Source: Clostridia bacterium
Lineage (GTDB): Bacteria > Bacillota > Clostridia > TANB77 > CAG-508
DNA length: 64,000 bases
Direction: 5' to 3'
Assembly (NCBI GenBank): GCA_017409455.1
Contig: JAFQSS010000011.1
Span: 29,595 to 93,594, forward strand
Shown: one piece after another, positions 37,396 to 47,150 of the stretch
Position numbering within the stretch: position 1 is the first letter of the stretch
Layout of the letters: each line of letters starts with the position of its first letter
Notes under the pieces: generated by a model
Databases searched by the model: none
Seen by the model: the letters and a program-made list of their open reading frames with translations, nothing else
What the model was told of the DNA's origin: nothing
Made by a program: the position numbers and the translations under genes

Positions 37396-37432
37396 AAAAA
37401 CCAGCATTTCGCTGGTTTTCTTTTATTTTCTC
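37396..37432 (+). repeat. 37-bp direct repeat, copy 2
   Basis: Identical to 34774..34810. Confidence 0.9.
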
Positions 37433-37817
37433 GTACAATCCTTGTATCAAAAAGGTTTCGGCTTTTCTTCAAATTTTATTTTTCTCAATTTGTAAGAGAT
37501 ACTATTATTTTTTATTTTACTTATATCTATATATTATCAATTTATTATTTTCATATTTTTCTTATATCCTATCTCCTTCTAATGCATTTATAATATTATT
37601 ATTTTTATCAAAACCTTTATATATTATACAAAAATATTTTTTTAATATTTCATATACGAAATAAGTTTTTTTATATATAAAAATCTAATTTTGATAATAT
37701 TTGTACTATACTATTGTAGTATTATTTGTTTAAGGCAAATACATCTGCAAAAAGAAATTTCTTTTTGCGTGTGTATATAACACAAAGAGCTCCATCAACA
37801 GAAAGTGAGGCTACTTT

Positions 37818-38270
37818 ATGAAACGCTTTTTTACATTACTTATGGCATTGTGCCTTTGTGTAATCTCTCCTCTGACCGCTTTCGCCGCTGAGGTTGAAAC
37901 ACTCCCTGCCGCCGAAACACTTTACGTTCAGAACGAAATTACACCCGCATCTGCCAGAGCATTGACCTACAACCAGGTATGGATTGATGCTGGTAAGTAT
38001 TCCAATGGTTCTTTTACTGTTGAGAATCCCCACACTTTTATTTTCACAACTACCAATGGTACTTTGAAGATTGAATCCAACAATCCTAACGCTCAGGTCC
38101 ACATTGTCGTTCATGATGGCATCAATGTCATCCTCAACCGTACTCTTGGTCCTGGCGATGGTGAAGTGTATTTTTCCTCTCAGAGTAACTCTGCTCAATA
38201 CGCTGTGAGTTACTTTGTCTACAGTACCAACAACACCAATGGTATCAGAGTGAATTGTTGGCTGTATTAA
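37818..38270 (+). CDS. Secreted hypothetical protein (higher-GC cassette B)
   Basis: Signal peptide MKRFFTLLMALCLCVISPLTAFA|AE; SD agtgagg; terminator 38330-38358. Confidence 0.6.
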   Translation: MKRFFTLLMALCLCVISPLTAFAAEVETLPAAETLYVQNEITPASARALTYNQVWIDAGKYSNGSFTVENPHTFIFTTTNGTLKIESNNPNAQVHIVVHDGINVILNRTLGPGDGEVYFSSQSNSAQYAVSYFVYSTNNTNGIRVNCWLY

Positions 38271-38390
38271 GTTACAGTACAATTCCTCAAATTTTACTAA
38301 CTAATTGAATTTTCGCTCTTTGTGTTCAGGGAAGATGTGTTTACACATCTTCCTTTTTATATAAAATAAAAAAGCCGATTTCTCGACTTT

Positions 38391-38606
38391 TTATTTATTA
38401 ACTTCAGCTTCTAAAGCTTTAAAATCAACATTTTGTAATTCAGGATAATCTCTAATTAGTAGAGTTATCTTACTTTCAGATTTTAAATACATATCTAAAT
38501 TTTCCTGTGCAATCTTTTTCATGTTAAAGTATGAAGAAATCAATATTCCCAATGCAATTACTAATATAATAATTATCCCCAAAAATAGTTTACTCAATTT
38601 ATTCAT
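38391..38606 (-). CDS. Small N-terminally anchored protein
   Basis: 71 aa, one TM, AT-rich host-like composition, SD aggagtg. Confidence 0.45.
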   Translation of the reverse strand: MNKLSKLFLGIIIILVIALGILISSYFNMKKIAQENLDMYLKSESKITLLIRDYPELQNVDFKALEAEVNK

Positions 38607-38820
38607 AATAACTCACTCCTTTCTTCTGTACAAAATATACCTGTCTATTATTTATATTATAACACAAATCACCATTTTATGCAAATCCCCCTATTGATAA
38701 TCATGAAAATTTGCATAATTTACTAAAATGTGCTATAATGTTTAAGCAATTTTTTGCAATCCTTTTTACTTATTAATATATAGACATTTTTATAAAATAA
38801 TTATTTTAAGGAGGCCTTTT

Positions 38821-39558
38821 ATGTTAGAACTATTAAAATCTAAAGAATGGGAAATAGAACAATCTTCTTTGGCAAAAATATCCAAGGATGAAATATCATA
38901 TGAGCAGTGCCGGAGCTTTGCTTGTGAAGATATTTCCCGTAGCTTAACTCATCTAGGAGACGATTTACCATTTATCGTAGAAATACCTGAAAATACAGAA
39001 TTTCATTTTATTGGACGTGTAGATACAACTTTTGGCAATAATACTTCTTCTCCATATTATAAGAGTTTTGAAGATAGAACTTTTATATCTTTCACTACGA
39101 TAAATAATAGAAATATATCTCGGTATAAAGGAAGAATATTTTTTGCTTATAATATTATTCCAGAAGATATTGTTCATATATTTCCAATGGATAGTGATAC
39201 AAGCACAGATGCAAACTGCGAAGAAGATCTCACTCCCCTCCCCAGTTTGTGGTTAACACTACGAGAATTAGAAGATCTAACAGCAGAGTTAGGAGTTTAT
39301 AACCAAATCACGTGTAACACCAAAAGATATGGTCAAATATTGAAGCCTTTCGCAATTATTGCTTTTAATGAACTTGATGAATATACTCAAAAAGTTGCTA
39401 AAGAATTTGGCATCAGCTGTATTATTGTTCATCCTGATAAAGAAGCAATACAGTACGATAAAGACTTGTTACATGACTATTTCCAGCTCAAATATGTTTC
39501 TTCTAAAATGAAGGAAAAGTATGACTTAGAGGATAGTCGATACCTGTTTGATTATTGA
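38821..39558 (+). CDS. Hypothetical 245-aa protein (cassette C)
   Basis: TTGCAT-17-TATAAT with TGn at 38711-38739; SD aaggagg; imperfect hairpin 39585-39617. Confidence 0.6.
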   Translation: MLELLKSKEWEIEQSSLAKISKDEISYEQCRSFACEDISRSLTHLGDDLPFIVEIPENTEFHFIGRVDTTFGNNTSSPYYKSFEDRTFISFTTINNRNISRYKGRIFFAYNIIPEDIVHIFPMDSDTSTDANCEEDLTPLPSLWLTLRELEDLTAELGVYNQITCNTKRYGQILKPFAIIAFNELDEYTQKVAKEFGISCIIVHPDKEAIQYDKDLLHDYFQLKYVSSKMKEKYDLEDSRYLFDY

Positions 39559-39641
39559 TTTTAATTTTTAGTAACTAATGAAAAACCACCGTCGAAATTA
39601 ATTTTTCGCATGGTGGTCTTTCTTCTTTATGTGAATAGTTT

Positions 39642-40100
39642 TTATCTATTCAAAAGATAAATTGATAAATTCAAGTATGATGCAAACAATGCCCATAATA
39701 AATACGGAATCTGAAGTAAACCTGCCACATTATCTTTATTGTAAAACTTGATTATCATCATAACAATTAACAGAATAAGTATTAAAAGCCATATAAATGC
39801 AAACAATCTCCATTCAAAAGTAAAGAAAATAATTGACCACATGCTATTTACAAAAAGTTGTAAATAATAAATAAAATTAATTTCTGTGTCCACTAGGGAT
39901 TTACTCTCAAGTATCCCATAAGATACACCCATTAGTACATAAAGAATTGTCCAAACTATTGGAAATAGTATACTTGGCGGTGCCAAAACTGGCTGAATTA
40001 ATGTATTGTACTCCATTGAACTTGATGTAATTGCCCCAATTAATAAACCTACAGCAACTGGGATAAATATAGATTTAGCATATATTTTAAATTTTGACAT
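39642..40100 (-). CDS. tspO: TspO/MBR family tryptophan-rich sensory protein
   Basis: Five TM; PPSILFPIVWTILYVLMG and WSIIFF motifs; start moved to MSKFKIY (AGGAGG 6 nt upstream). Confidence 0.8.
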   Translation of the reverse strand: MSKFKIYAKSIFIPVAVGLLIGAITSSSMEYNTLIQPVLAPPSILFPIVWTILYVLMGVSYGILESKSLVDTEINFIYYLQLFVNSMWSIIFFTFEWRLFAFIWLLILILLIVMMIIKFYNKDNVAGLLQIPYLLWALFASYLNLSIYLLNR

Positions 40101-40241
40101 AGCTAACCTCCTTTTTATCATTTTATTAGCTGAATTTTAAAATATACAACATAAAAGATATTTTTAACATATTTTTTACTTTTTTCATATAATACCACAG
40201 TTTATTATGGTATTTTTAAGAAATGCCGGATAGGAGTTTTA

Positions 40242-41147
40242 ATGGAAGATTTTATTTTTAGTTCTGATGTAGTATATGGAAATTTAAATGCATTACGAAC
40301 AACATATCCTTTTATAGAAATAGGTTCTGCTGGAAGAAGTATTTTAGGAAAAAATATTCCATATGTACGTGTTGGTCGTGGTCAAAAAGAAGTTTTTTAT
40401 TCTGCTGCAATCCATGCAAATGAATGGATTACATCTCTTATACTTTTAGAATTTTTACATGAATATTGTAATGCAATTCAAAATAATTCTACTATTTGGG
40501 GATTTTCTGCAAGACGTCTATTTGAATCTGTTTCTATTTATATTATGCCTATTGTTAATCCTGACGGTGTTGATTTAGTTACTGGTGCTATTTTACCTTC
40601 TTCTGCAGCTTATAAACAAGCTCAAGAGATATCTAACAATTTCCCAGATGTGCCTTTTGTTGAAGGATGGAAAGCTAATATTAGAGGTGTGGATTTAAAT
40701 TTACAATTTCCAGCAGGATGGCAAAATGCACGAGATATAAAATATGCACAAGGCTTTAATGAACCTGCACCTCGTGATTTTGTTGGATTTGGACCTCTTA
40801 CAGAACCAGAATCACTTGCAATTTATAACTTTACTCTTCAGCATAATTTTAGACTTGTATTAGCTTATCATTCACAAGGAGAAGTAATTTTCTGGCAATT
40901 CCAAAATTACAATCCACCTGGCGCCTTTTTTATAGGTAATCAATTAGCTAATGTTAGTGGATATACTCTTGAATCTACACCTTTTAATTCAAGTTTTGCA
41001 GGTTATAAAGATTGGTTTATCCAAAACTACAATAGGCCCGGATACACAATTGAAGTAGGACTTGGTATTAACCCTCTACCTCTTTCTCAGTTTGATCAAA
41101 TCTATAGAGATAATTTAGGGATTTTAGTCTTAAGCGCCATATTGTAA
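40242..41147 (+). CDS. M14-family zinc carboxypeptidase-like enzyme (gamma-D-glutamyl-diamino acid endopeptidase I-like)
   Basis: HANEWIT (HxxE zinc site), NPDG, later H ligand region (AYHSQGE). Confidence 0.75.
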   Translation: MEDFIFSSDVVYGNLNALRTTYPFIEIGSAGRSILGKNIPYVRVGRGQKEVFYSAAIHANEWITSLILLEFLHEYCNAIQNNSTIWGFSARRLFESVSIYIMPIVNPDGVDLVTGAILPSSAAYKQAQEISNNFPDVPFVEGWKANIRGVDLNLQFPAGWQNARDIKYAQGFNEPAPRDFVGFGPLTEPESLAIYNFTLQHNFRLVLAYHSQGEVIFWQFQNYNPPGAFFIGNQLANVSGYTLESTPFNSSFAGYKDWFIQNYNRPGYTIEVGLGINPLPLSQFDQIYRDNLGILVLSAIL

Positions 41148-41217
41148 TATCGTTTGACATAATATAGACTTTATGGTATAATTATCATATCAAAAATTTA
41201 TAAATGGAGGGTTTATT

Positions 41218-42147
41218 ATGGCCATCAACAACAATGCAATCAACTTCCGCACTAAATTTTCCAAGCACATTCAGACTGATATTGAGCACGAAGTTTTCGT
41301 TTCAGCTTTTGAAAAGTTCATCAATCTGGATGAACAAACCGCAATCGATATTCTTTGGCGGTTAACGTATAACCCCTATTCTGAAGCTTTATGGACAATC
41401 AAACTGGATCCTGAAACCATCCCTTCGGAAATGACTGCAGCCTTAAGAAATGAGCTACGGTATCAGTACTCTCAGTGTCATTCCAATTTTCTGACTGTTG
41501 AAGTACCTGAAGAGTACAAGGAAGCCTATTCCCTCGTCTCTTCTAATACTGATTCCATTACAGCTTATATCGTATATAAGAACTGTAATTCTATTTTGTA
41601 TTTGGATGAAACCAGTGTACAGCGTATCCTGTTCCTTTTAAGTAGCGATAAGGAAAATCACTACTTCGGCGGTCTCCGTTCTCTGGACTTCAATGTCGGA
41701 GAAGCAGAATATCTGAAGCCCTATAAAGCGCAAATTTATACTCTGTTTAATGTGATGTATGAACTGCACAAAAGTGAGGGCAGATATAATTCCAACCATA
41801 CTCCTTTCCAAGAGTTAGGAGCTATGATTCAAGAAACAGGTAACGATCTTCCTTTCACTTTTGGAGATGAAGCAGTAGAGGCTACGGAAACAACCGCTAT
41901 GGAAGAACCTCTGCACGAGGAAATCTCTTTCCAAGCAGAAGAATCGGTTCAGAAGATTGATGTGTTCAATGCAATCACAGCAGAAAAGGTACTTGAACAC
42001 AAGGATGTATTCTTTGCATTCGCGATTACTCGCGATATGTCTTGCTTAGTAGAACTAAGCAAGCTTGGCTTCGACCTAAATCAGGTTGTTGCAAAAGAAA
42101 AGGCAATCAGCGACTTTATTCAAGCTGCTGAAGCCCTGAGTGTGTGA
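41218..42147 (+). CDS. Hypothetical 309-aa protein (higher-GC cassette D)
   Basis: TTGACA-17-TATAAT at 41154-41182; SD ggaggg; terminator gaaagcggtgg..ccaccgctttc 42159-42187. Confidence 0.6.
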   Translation: MAINNNAINFRTKFSKHIQTDIEHEVFVSAFEKFINLDEQTAIDILWRLTYNPYSEALWTIKLDPETIPSEMTAALRNELRYQYSQCHSNFLTVEVPEEYKEAYSLVSSNTDSITAYIVYKNCNSILYLDETSVQRILFLLSSDKENHYFGGLRSLDFNVGEAEYLKPYKAQIYTLFNVMYELHKSEGRYNSNHTPFQELGAMIQETGNDLPFTFGDEAVEATETTAMEEPLHEEISFQAEESVQKIDVFNAITAEKVLEHKDVFFAFAITRDMSCLVELSKLGFDLNQVVAKEKAISDFIQAAEALSV

Positions 42148-42194
42148 GCAAAACCCTCGAAAGCGGTGGAAAAATTCCACCGCTTTCTTCATAA

Positions 42195-42221
42195 GGAAAA
42201 AGGGACCTGGTCCCTTTTTCC
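42195..42221. repeat. GGGACCNGGTCCC-family palindrome
   Basis: ggaaaaagggacctggtccctttttcc, 6 nt downstream of the thrS stop. Confidence 0.8.
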
Positions 42222-42226
42222 CTTTT

Positions 42227-44017
42227 CTATATTGCTTTTGTTTCTATTTCTTCTTGAATTTTATTTGTAAATTCCTCAACTGACATTTGACCAATATCTC
42301 CTGCTTTTCTTGCTCGAACAGCAACAGCATTTGCTTCTGCCTCTTTAGCCCCCATAACTAACATATATGGGACTTTTTCAAGTTGAGCTTTTCTAATTTT
42401 ATATCCAATTTTCTCATTTGAATCATCTACTTCAACTCTGATACCTTTTGCTTTTAATTTTGATTCAACTTCTCTAGCAAATCCAAGTTGATCATCTGTA
42501 ATTGGTAATATTTTTGCTTGAACTGGTGATAGCCAAACTGGAAATGCACCTTTTGTTTCTTCAATTAAGAATGATATAAATCTATCAAATGTTCCAAGAA
42601 TTGCTCTATGTATTACTACTGGTGTATGTTCTTTATTATCTTCACCTATGTACGATAATTCAAATCTACGTGGTAACAAAAAGTCTAATTGACATGTTGA
42701 TATTGTCACATCATGTCCTAATGCTGTTTTTATTTGAACATCTAGTTTTGGTCCATAGAATGCTGCTTCTCCTTCTGCTTCATAGAAGTTTAAATTTAAT
42801 TCTGTTAAAATTTGTCTTAATTGACTTTCTGCGCTTTCCCACATTTCATCATCATCAAAATATTTCTTTTTATCATTAGGATCTCTTAATGATAATCTAA
42901 ATGTATAATCATTAAATCCAAAGTCTTTATATACTGATAATATTAATTCAACAACTTTTCCAACTTCTTGTTTTATTTGTTCTGGAGTTACAAATAAATG
43001 AGCATCATTTTGGCACATTTCTCTTACTCTCTCTAAACCACAAACGTTTCCACTATTTTCATATCTAAAGTCATGTGCTAATTCTCCTATACGAATTGGT
43101 AAATCTCTATATGAACGTGTTTTATTTTTGAATATTAACATATGATGTGGACAGTTCATAGGTCTTAATACCATTTCTTCATTATCTAGTTTCATTGGTG
43201 GGAACATGTCCTCTTTGTAATGATCCCAATGTCCACTTGTTTTATATAATTCAACATTTGCTAATGAAGGGGTATAAACATGACTATATCCTAATGCAAT
43301 TTCTTTATCAGCTATGTATCTTTCTAGCAACATTCTTATTTTTCCACCATTTGGTAAATATAAAGGTAGTCCTGAACCTACTAATTCATGTGTCATAAAT
43401 AATTCAAGTTCTTTTCCTATTTTTCTATGGTCTCTTTGTTTTGCTTCTTCCAATAATCTTAAATGTTCTTCTAATTGGCTTGCTTTTGGGAAAGATACAC
43501 CATAAATTCTTTGCATTGAATCATTTTCTTGGTTTCCTTTCCAATATGCAGCTGATGTTGATAATATTTTTATAGCTTTTACTTTACCTGTTCTGTTTAT
43601 ATGTGGTCCTGCACATAAATCAATAAATTCACCTTGTTTGAAGAATGAAATTTCTTCTCCTTCTGGTAATTCTTCAATCAATTGAACTTTATATGGTTCA
43701 TCTTTTTCTTTCATTAATTTGATTGCTTCTTCTCTTGATAAAGTGCTTCTTTCAAGTGGTAAATCTTCTTTGATTATTTTTTTCATTTCTTCTTCTATTT
43801 TATTTATATCTTCTTCTGTCAATGGTTTTTCCACTCTGAAATCATAATAAAATCCATTTTCAATGGCTGGCCCTATTCCTAATTTTGTATTTGGATACAA
43901 TCTTTTTACTGCTTGTGCTAATATGTGTGATGTTGTATGCCAAAATATTTTGTTTAACTCCTCATTATTTTCTTCTAAATCTAAGATACTTCCGTCTTTT
44001 TGTATTGTTCTTATCAT
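42227..44017 (-). CDS. thrS: Threonine--tRNA ligase
   Basis: Class II motifs and HTTSHILAQAV editing-domain motif; start set at MIRTIQ (SD aaggagg). The upstream 30 codons of the listed ORF belong to the leader. Confidence 0.95.
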   Translation of the reverse strand: MIRTIQKDGSILDLEENNEELNKIFWHTTSHILAQAVKRLYPNTKLGIGPAIENGFYYDFRVEKPLTEEDINKIEEEMKKIIKEDLPLERSTLSREEAIKLMKEKDEPYKVQLIEELPEGEEISFFKQGEFIDLCAGPHINRTGKVKAIKILSTSAAYWKGNQENDSMQRIYGVSFPKASQLEEHLRLLEEAKQRDHRKIGKELELFMTHELVGSGLPLYLPNGGKIRMLLERYIADKEIALGYSHVYTPSLANVELYKTSGHWDHYKEDMFPPMKLDNEEMVLRPMNCPHHMLIFKNKTRSYRDLPIRIGELAHDFRYENSGNVCGLERVREMCQNDAHLFVTPEQIKQEVGKVVELILSVYKDFGFNDYTFRLSLRDPNDKKKYFDDDEMWESAESQLRQILTELNLNFYEAEGEAAFYGPKLDVQIKTALGHDVTISTCQLDFLLPRRFELSYIGEDNKEHTPVVIHRAILGTFDRFISFLIEETKGAFPVWLSPVQAKILPITDDQLGFAREVESKLKAKGIRVEVDDSNEKIGYKIRKAQLEKVPYMLVMGAKEAEANAVAVRARKAGDIGQMSVEEFTNKIQEEIETKAI

Positions 44018-44029
44018 ATAAATTCCTCC

Positions 44030-44255
44030 TTTATATTTTGTGGTCTGAAACACAAAATGCACCCCTATAGACTTTCGGTCTATAGGAGTGCTATTACACG
44101 GTTCCATCCCATTTTTTACTTAATTTGATTTAACGCATCTTACACGTCTAGCTTATTCACTAGAAACTTAAAGAGTTAGTTTTTCAAATATGTTTTCTTA
44201 AATCAGCTCTCAACCTTTGACTGATTTTCTCTGTTAGAAACCTTTATTTTACTTT
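44030..44255 (-). promoter_or_regulatory. T-box leader of thrS
   Basis: On the minus strand: AGAGA box, T-box-like AAAAUGGGAUGGAACCGUG, then terminator cctatagac-cgaaa-gtctatagg followed by a U-rich tract. Confidence 0.65.
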
Positions 44256-44260
44256 GTCTC

Positions 44261-44602
44261 TTATATGTTTTGATATTCATTAACTTTTCTATATGCAAAT
44301 ATAGCAGCAATTACTAATCCTACTATTGTAACTACCATCATTGTATCTTCAGCAATTCCTGCATCTGGTAATGTTTCTTCAGGTTCTGAAGTTGTTGGTG
44401 TACTTGGTGTTGACGGTGTTGGTTCTGGAGTTGTAGTTGGAGTTTCTGTTGGTGTATCTCCTCCAAGATCCTCTTTACTCCCCTGATCTTCCCAGAAACT
44501 ATCAAGATCAGTAGCTTCTGCATATACATTTACTGACATTGTAAATAACATACATATCATTGTTAATACTAAAATTATTTTTAAAATTGTTTCTCTTTTC
44601 AT
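44261..44602 (-). CDS. Small secreted Pro/Thr-rich protein with LPDAG + TM + basic tail (sortase-substrate-like)
   Basis: Signal peptide, PTETPTTTPEPTPSTPSTPTT, then LPDAG..hydrophobic..YRK. Confidence 0.5.
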   Translation of the reverse strand: MKRETILKIILVLTMICMLFTMSVNVYAEATDLDSFWEDQGSKEDLGGDTPTETPTTTPEPTPSTPSTPTTSEPEETLPDAGIAEDTMMVVTIVGLVIAAIFAYRKVNEYQNI

Positions 44603-44710
44603 TTAAATTCCTCTTTCTTATTACTTTTATCTATAGTATTATTCCCTTCTATATATTTATACTACATTTTTTCAACAATTGCAAGCATTTTTCTATAATT
44701 TTTTATAATT

Positions 44711-45802
44711 TTAAACATTAAATTTAAATAATACTATATCCCCATCTTGCATTATGTATTCTTTTCCCTCTTGTCTAACTAATCCCTTTTCTTTTGCAGC
44801 TACCATTGAACCTTCTCTTATTAAATCATCATATGATACAATTTCTGCTTTTATGAATCCTCTTTCTATATCTGAATGAATTTTTCCAGCAGCTTTAGGA
44901 GCTTTTGTTCCTTTTTTTATTGTCCATGCTCTTACTTCTGGCTCTCCAGCTGTTAAGAATGACATTAATCCTAATAAGTCATAACTTTTTTTAATTAATT
45001 TGTCTAATCCAGATTCATCTAATCCTAATGCTTCTAGCATTTCTTTTTTATCTTGTTCTTCAAGCCCTGATAATTCTTCTTCTATTTTTACACATAATGG
45101 TATTACTTCTGCGTTTTCTTTTTGAGCATATTCTTTAACATCATTTACCATTGGTTCATTTTCTGCATTTCCTATTTGTTCTTCTGATATGTTTGCAATA
45201 TATATTATTGGTTTTGATGTTAATAAAAACATTTCTTTTACAATTTCTTGCTCGTCTTCATTATATTCAACTGCTCTTGCAGATATTCCTTTTTCTAAAT
45301 TTGCTTTTATTTTTTCTATTAAATCAATTTCTGCTTGATATTTTTTGTCTGCTTTTAAATTTTTCTTTGCTTTGTCTAATCTTTTTTCTAGTGTTTCCAT
45401 ATCTGCAAATATTAATTCCAAATTTATTGTTTCAATATCTCTTAATGGATTTACATTTCCATCTACATGTATTACATTTGTGTCTTCAAAACATCTTACT
45501 ACTTGGCATATTGCATCTACCTCACGGATGTGTGATAAGAATTTATTTCCAAGACCTTCTCCTTTACTAGCTCCTTTTACTAATCCTGCAATATCTACAA
45601 ATTCTACTACTGCTTTTGTTACTTTTTGAGGATTGTACATTTCTGCTAATTTATCTACTCTTTCATCTGGAACAGCTACTACTCCTACATTTGGTTCTAT
45701 CGTACAGAACGGATAATTCGCACATTCTGCTCCTGCTTTTGTTATACTGTTAAACATTGTACTTTTTCCTACATTTGGTAATCCTACTATTCCTATTTTC
45801 AT
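44711..45802 (-). CDS. ychF: Redox-regulated ATPase YchF
   Basis: GIVGLPNVGKST, full-length 363 aa. Confidence 0.95.
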   Translation of the reverse strand: MKIGIVGLPNVGKSTMFNSITKAGAECANYPFCTIEPNVGVVAVPDERVDKLAEMYNPQKVTKAVVEFVDIAGLVKGASKGEGLGNKFLSHIREVDAICQVVRCFEDTNVIHVDGNVNPLRDIETINLELIFADMETLEKRLDKAKKNLKADKKYQAEIDLIEKIKANLEKGISARAVEYNEDEQEIVKEMFLLTSKPIIYIANISEEQIGNAENEPMVNDVKEYAQKENAEVIPLCVKIEEELSGLEEQDKKEMLEALGLDESGLDKLIKKSYDLLGLMSFLTAGEPEVRAWTIKKGTKAPKAAGKIHSDIERGFIKAEIVSYDDLIREGSMVAAKEKGLVRQEGKEYIMQDGDIVLFKFNV

Positions 45803-45982
45803 TTTTTATTTCCTTTCTTTTCTTGTAATTTCTATATTCATATCATTTCTGAACTATTATAACAGATATTCTGCTATTTATAAAGAGTTTTTCAAAATTT
45901 TAATAAAAATTGGAAAAGTAAAAGTGAATTTTTTATATTTTATTAAAAACGGAGAGAATTTTTTAGTTCTCTCCGCTTTTTA

Positions 45983-46579
45983 TTACTTTATATCCTTAAT
46001 AGTTACTTTATTTACTAAACCATTTGTGCCATAGTCTAAAATAACTTCATAATATTTTCCTTCTTCAAAAGATGGTTTTAATTCAACGATTTCATTTGGG
46101 TCTGTTGTTGTTGTTTCATTATATATAACTGTTATAATTTTATCACTATTTTTCTTATTATTTGTAACTACATTGTCTAATAATGTTGTTACGAATAGTC
46201 TAGAACTTGTTCCACTGTATCTTTCAAAATCTATATTAAAAGAATCTACTTCTTGTTGATTAACTTGACTTTGAATTTGTGATTCTATACTACCTATAAA
46301 ACCTCCTACACCATCTGTTTGACTACCAAAATTATCAATTTGTTTATCAACAGTTTTTCCTACCTTAAAAATAAAACTTCCTGCAAAAATAAAACTACCT
46401 ATAAATATAACAAGAAAAATTACTATAAAAACTAAATAACCTATTCCAAAGCCTTTAGCTACTTTTTTTATTGTTTTTTTAGTTTCTTCTTTATTTCCTA
46501 ATAAAGATTCATCTACATATCTTTCATTTTCTGGTACAAATTTTTCATCTGCTCCAACATATTCACTATTTTTTTTCAT
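45983..46579 (-). CDS. Membrane-anchored hypothetical protein
   Basis: 198 aa, central TM segment. Confidence 0.4.
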   Translation of the reverse strand: MKKNSEYVGADEKFVPENERYVDESLLGNKEETKKTIKKVAKGFGIGYLVFIVIFLVIFIGSFIFAGSFIFKVGKTVDKQIDNFGSQTDGVGGFIGSIESQIQSQVNQQEVDSFNIDFERYSGTSSRLFVTTLLDNVVTNNKKNSDKIITVIYNETTTTDPNEIVELKPSFEEGKYYEVILDYGTNGLVNKVTIKDIK

Positions 46580-46600
46580 AACATTATTCTCCCTTCTATT

Positions 46601-46921
46601 TTACTCTATAACTACTGCAGTTCCTGATGCCACAACCATAAGCATCGAACCATTTTGTCCAATAGTTTCATAATCTACTTTTGTTCCAATTATTGCATTA
46701 GCTCCTATTTTTTCTGCTCTTTTTATCATTTCATTCAAAGCCTCAGCTCTTGTGTCTATTAGTTCTTCTTCATATTCTGTTGCTCTACCACCTAATACAT
46801 TAGTAATACCTGCTGTAAAATCTCTAATGAAGTTTACACCATTTATTACTTCTCCAAATACTACACCTCTGTATTCTTTTATTGTTTTCCCTTCTATTGA
46901 TGAAGTTGTTGAAATTAGCAT
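46601..46921 (-). CDS. YbjQ/UPF0145 family protein
   Basis: MLISTTSSIEGKTIKEYRGVV..GANAIIG..; start at the ATG with SD ggaggtg. Confidence 0.8.
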   Translation of the reverse strand: MLISTTSSIEGKTIKEYRGVVFGEVINGVNFIRDFTAGITNVLGGRATEYEEELIDTRAEALNEMIKRAEKIGANAIIGTKVDYETIGQNGSMLMVVASGTAVVIE

Positions 46922-47150
46922 GCCTTTCACCTCCAATTTTTACATTATATAACTATATATTTTTTTCAGCATGTTTAGAACATTTTGTTAGTAATTGTGC
47001 GTGAAACTTAACGCATAATTTAATTATTATGCATTTTTAAACTTACTTGTCAATAGTTGTGCGTTAAATTTCACGTATATTTTAATTTTATATTTGCTAT
47101 ACTAATTTTATTAATTATTGTATAGGAGGGAAATATTATGACTTTGCTAG

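Noticed and set aside
37836-38282. 148-aa minus-strand ORF fully overlapping cassette B
   Set aside because: The plus-strand frame has an SD, a textbook signal peptide and a downstream terminator. The minus frame has none of these.
44018-44107. 30-codon N-terminal extension of thrS (MEPCNSTPIDRKSIGVHFVFQTTKYKGGIY)
   Set aside because: It covers the T-box terminator hairpin. The SD aaggagg precedes the ATG at 44017.
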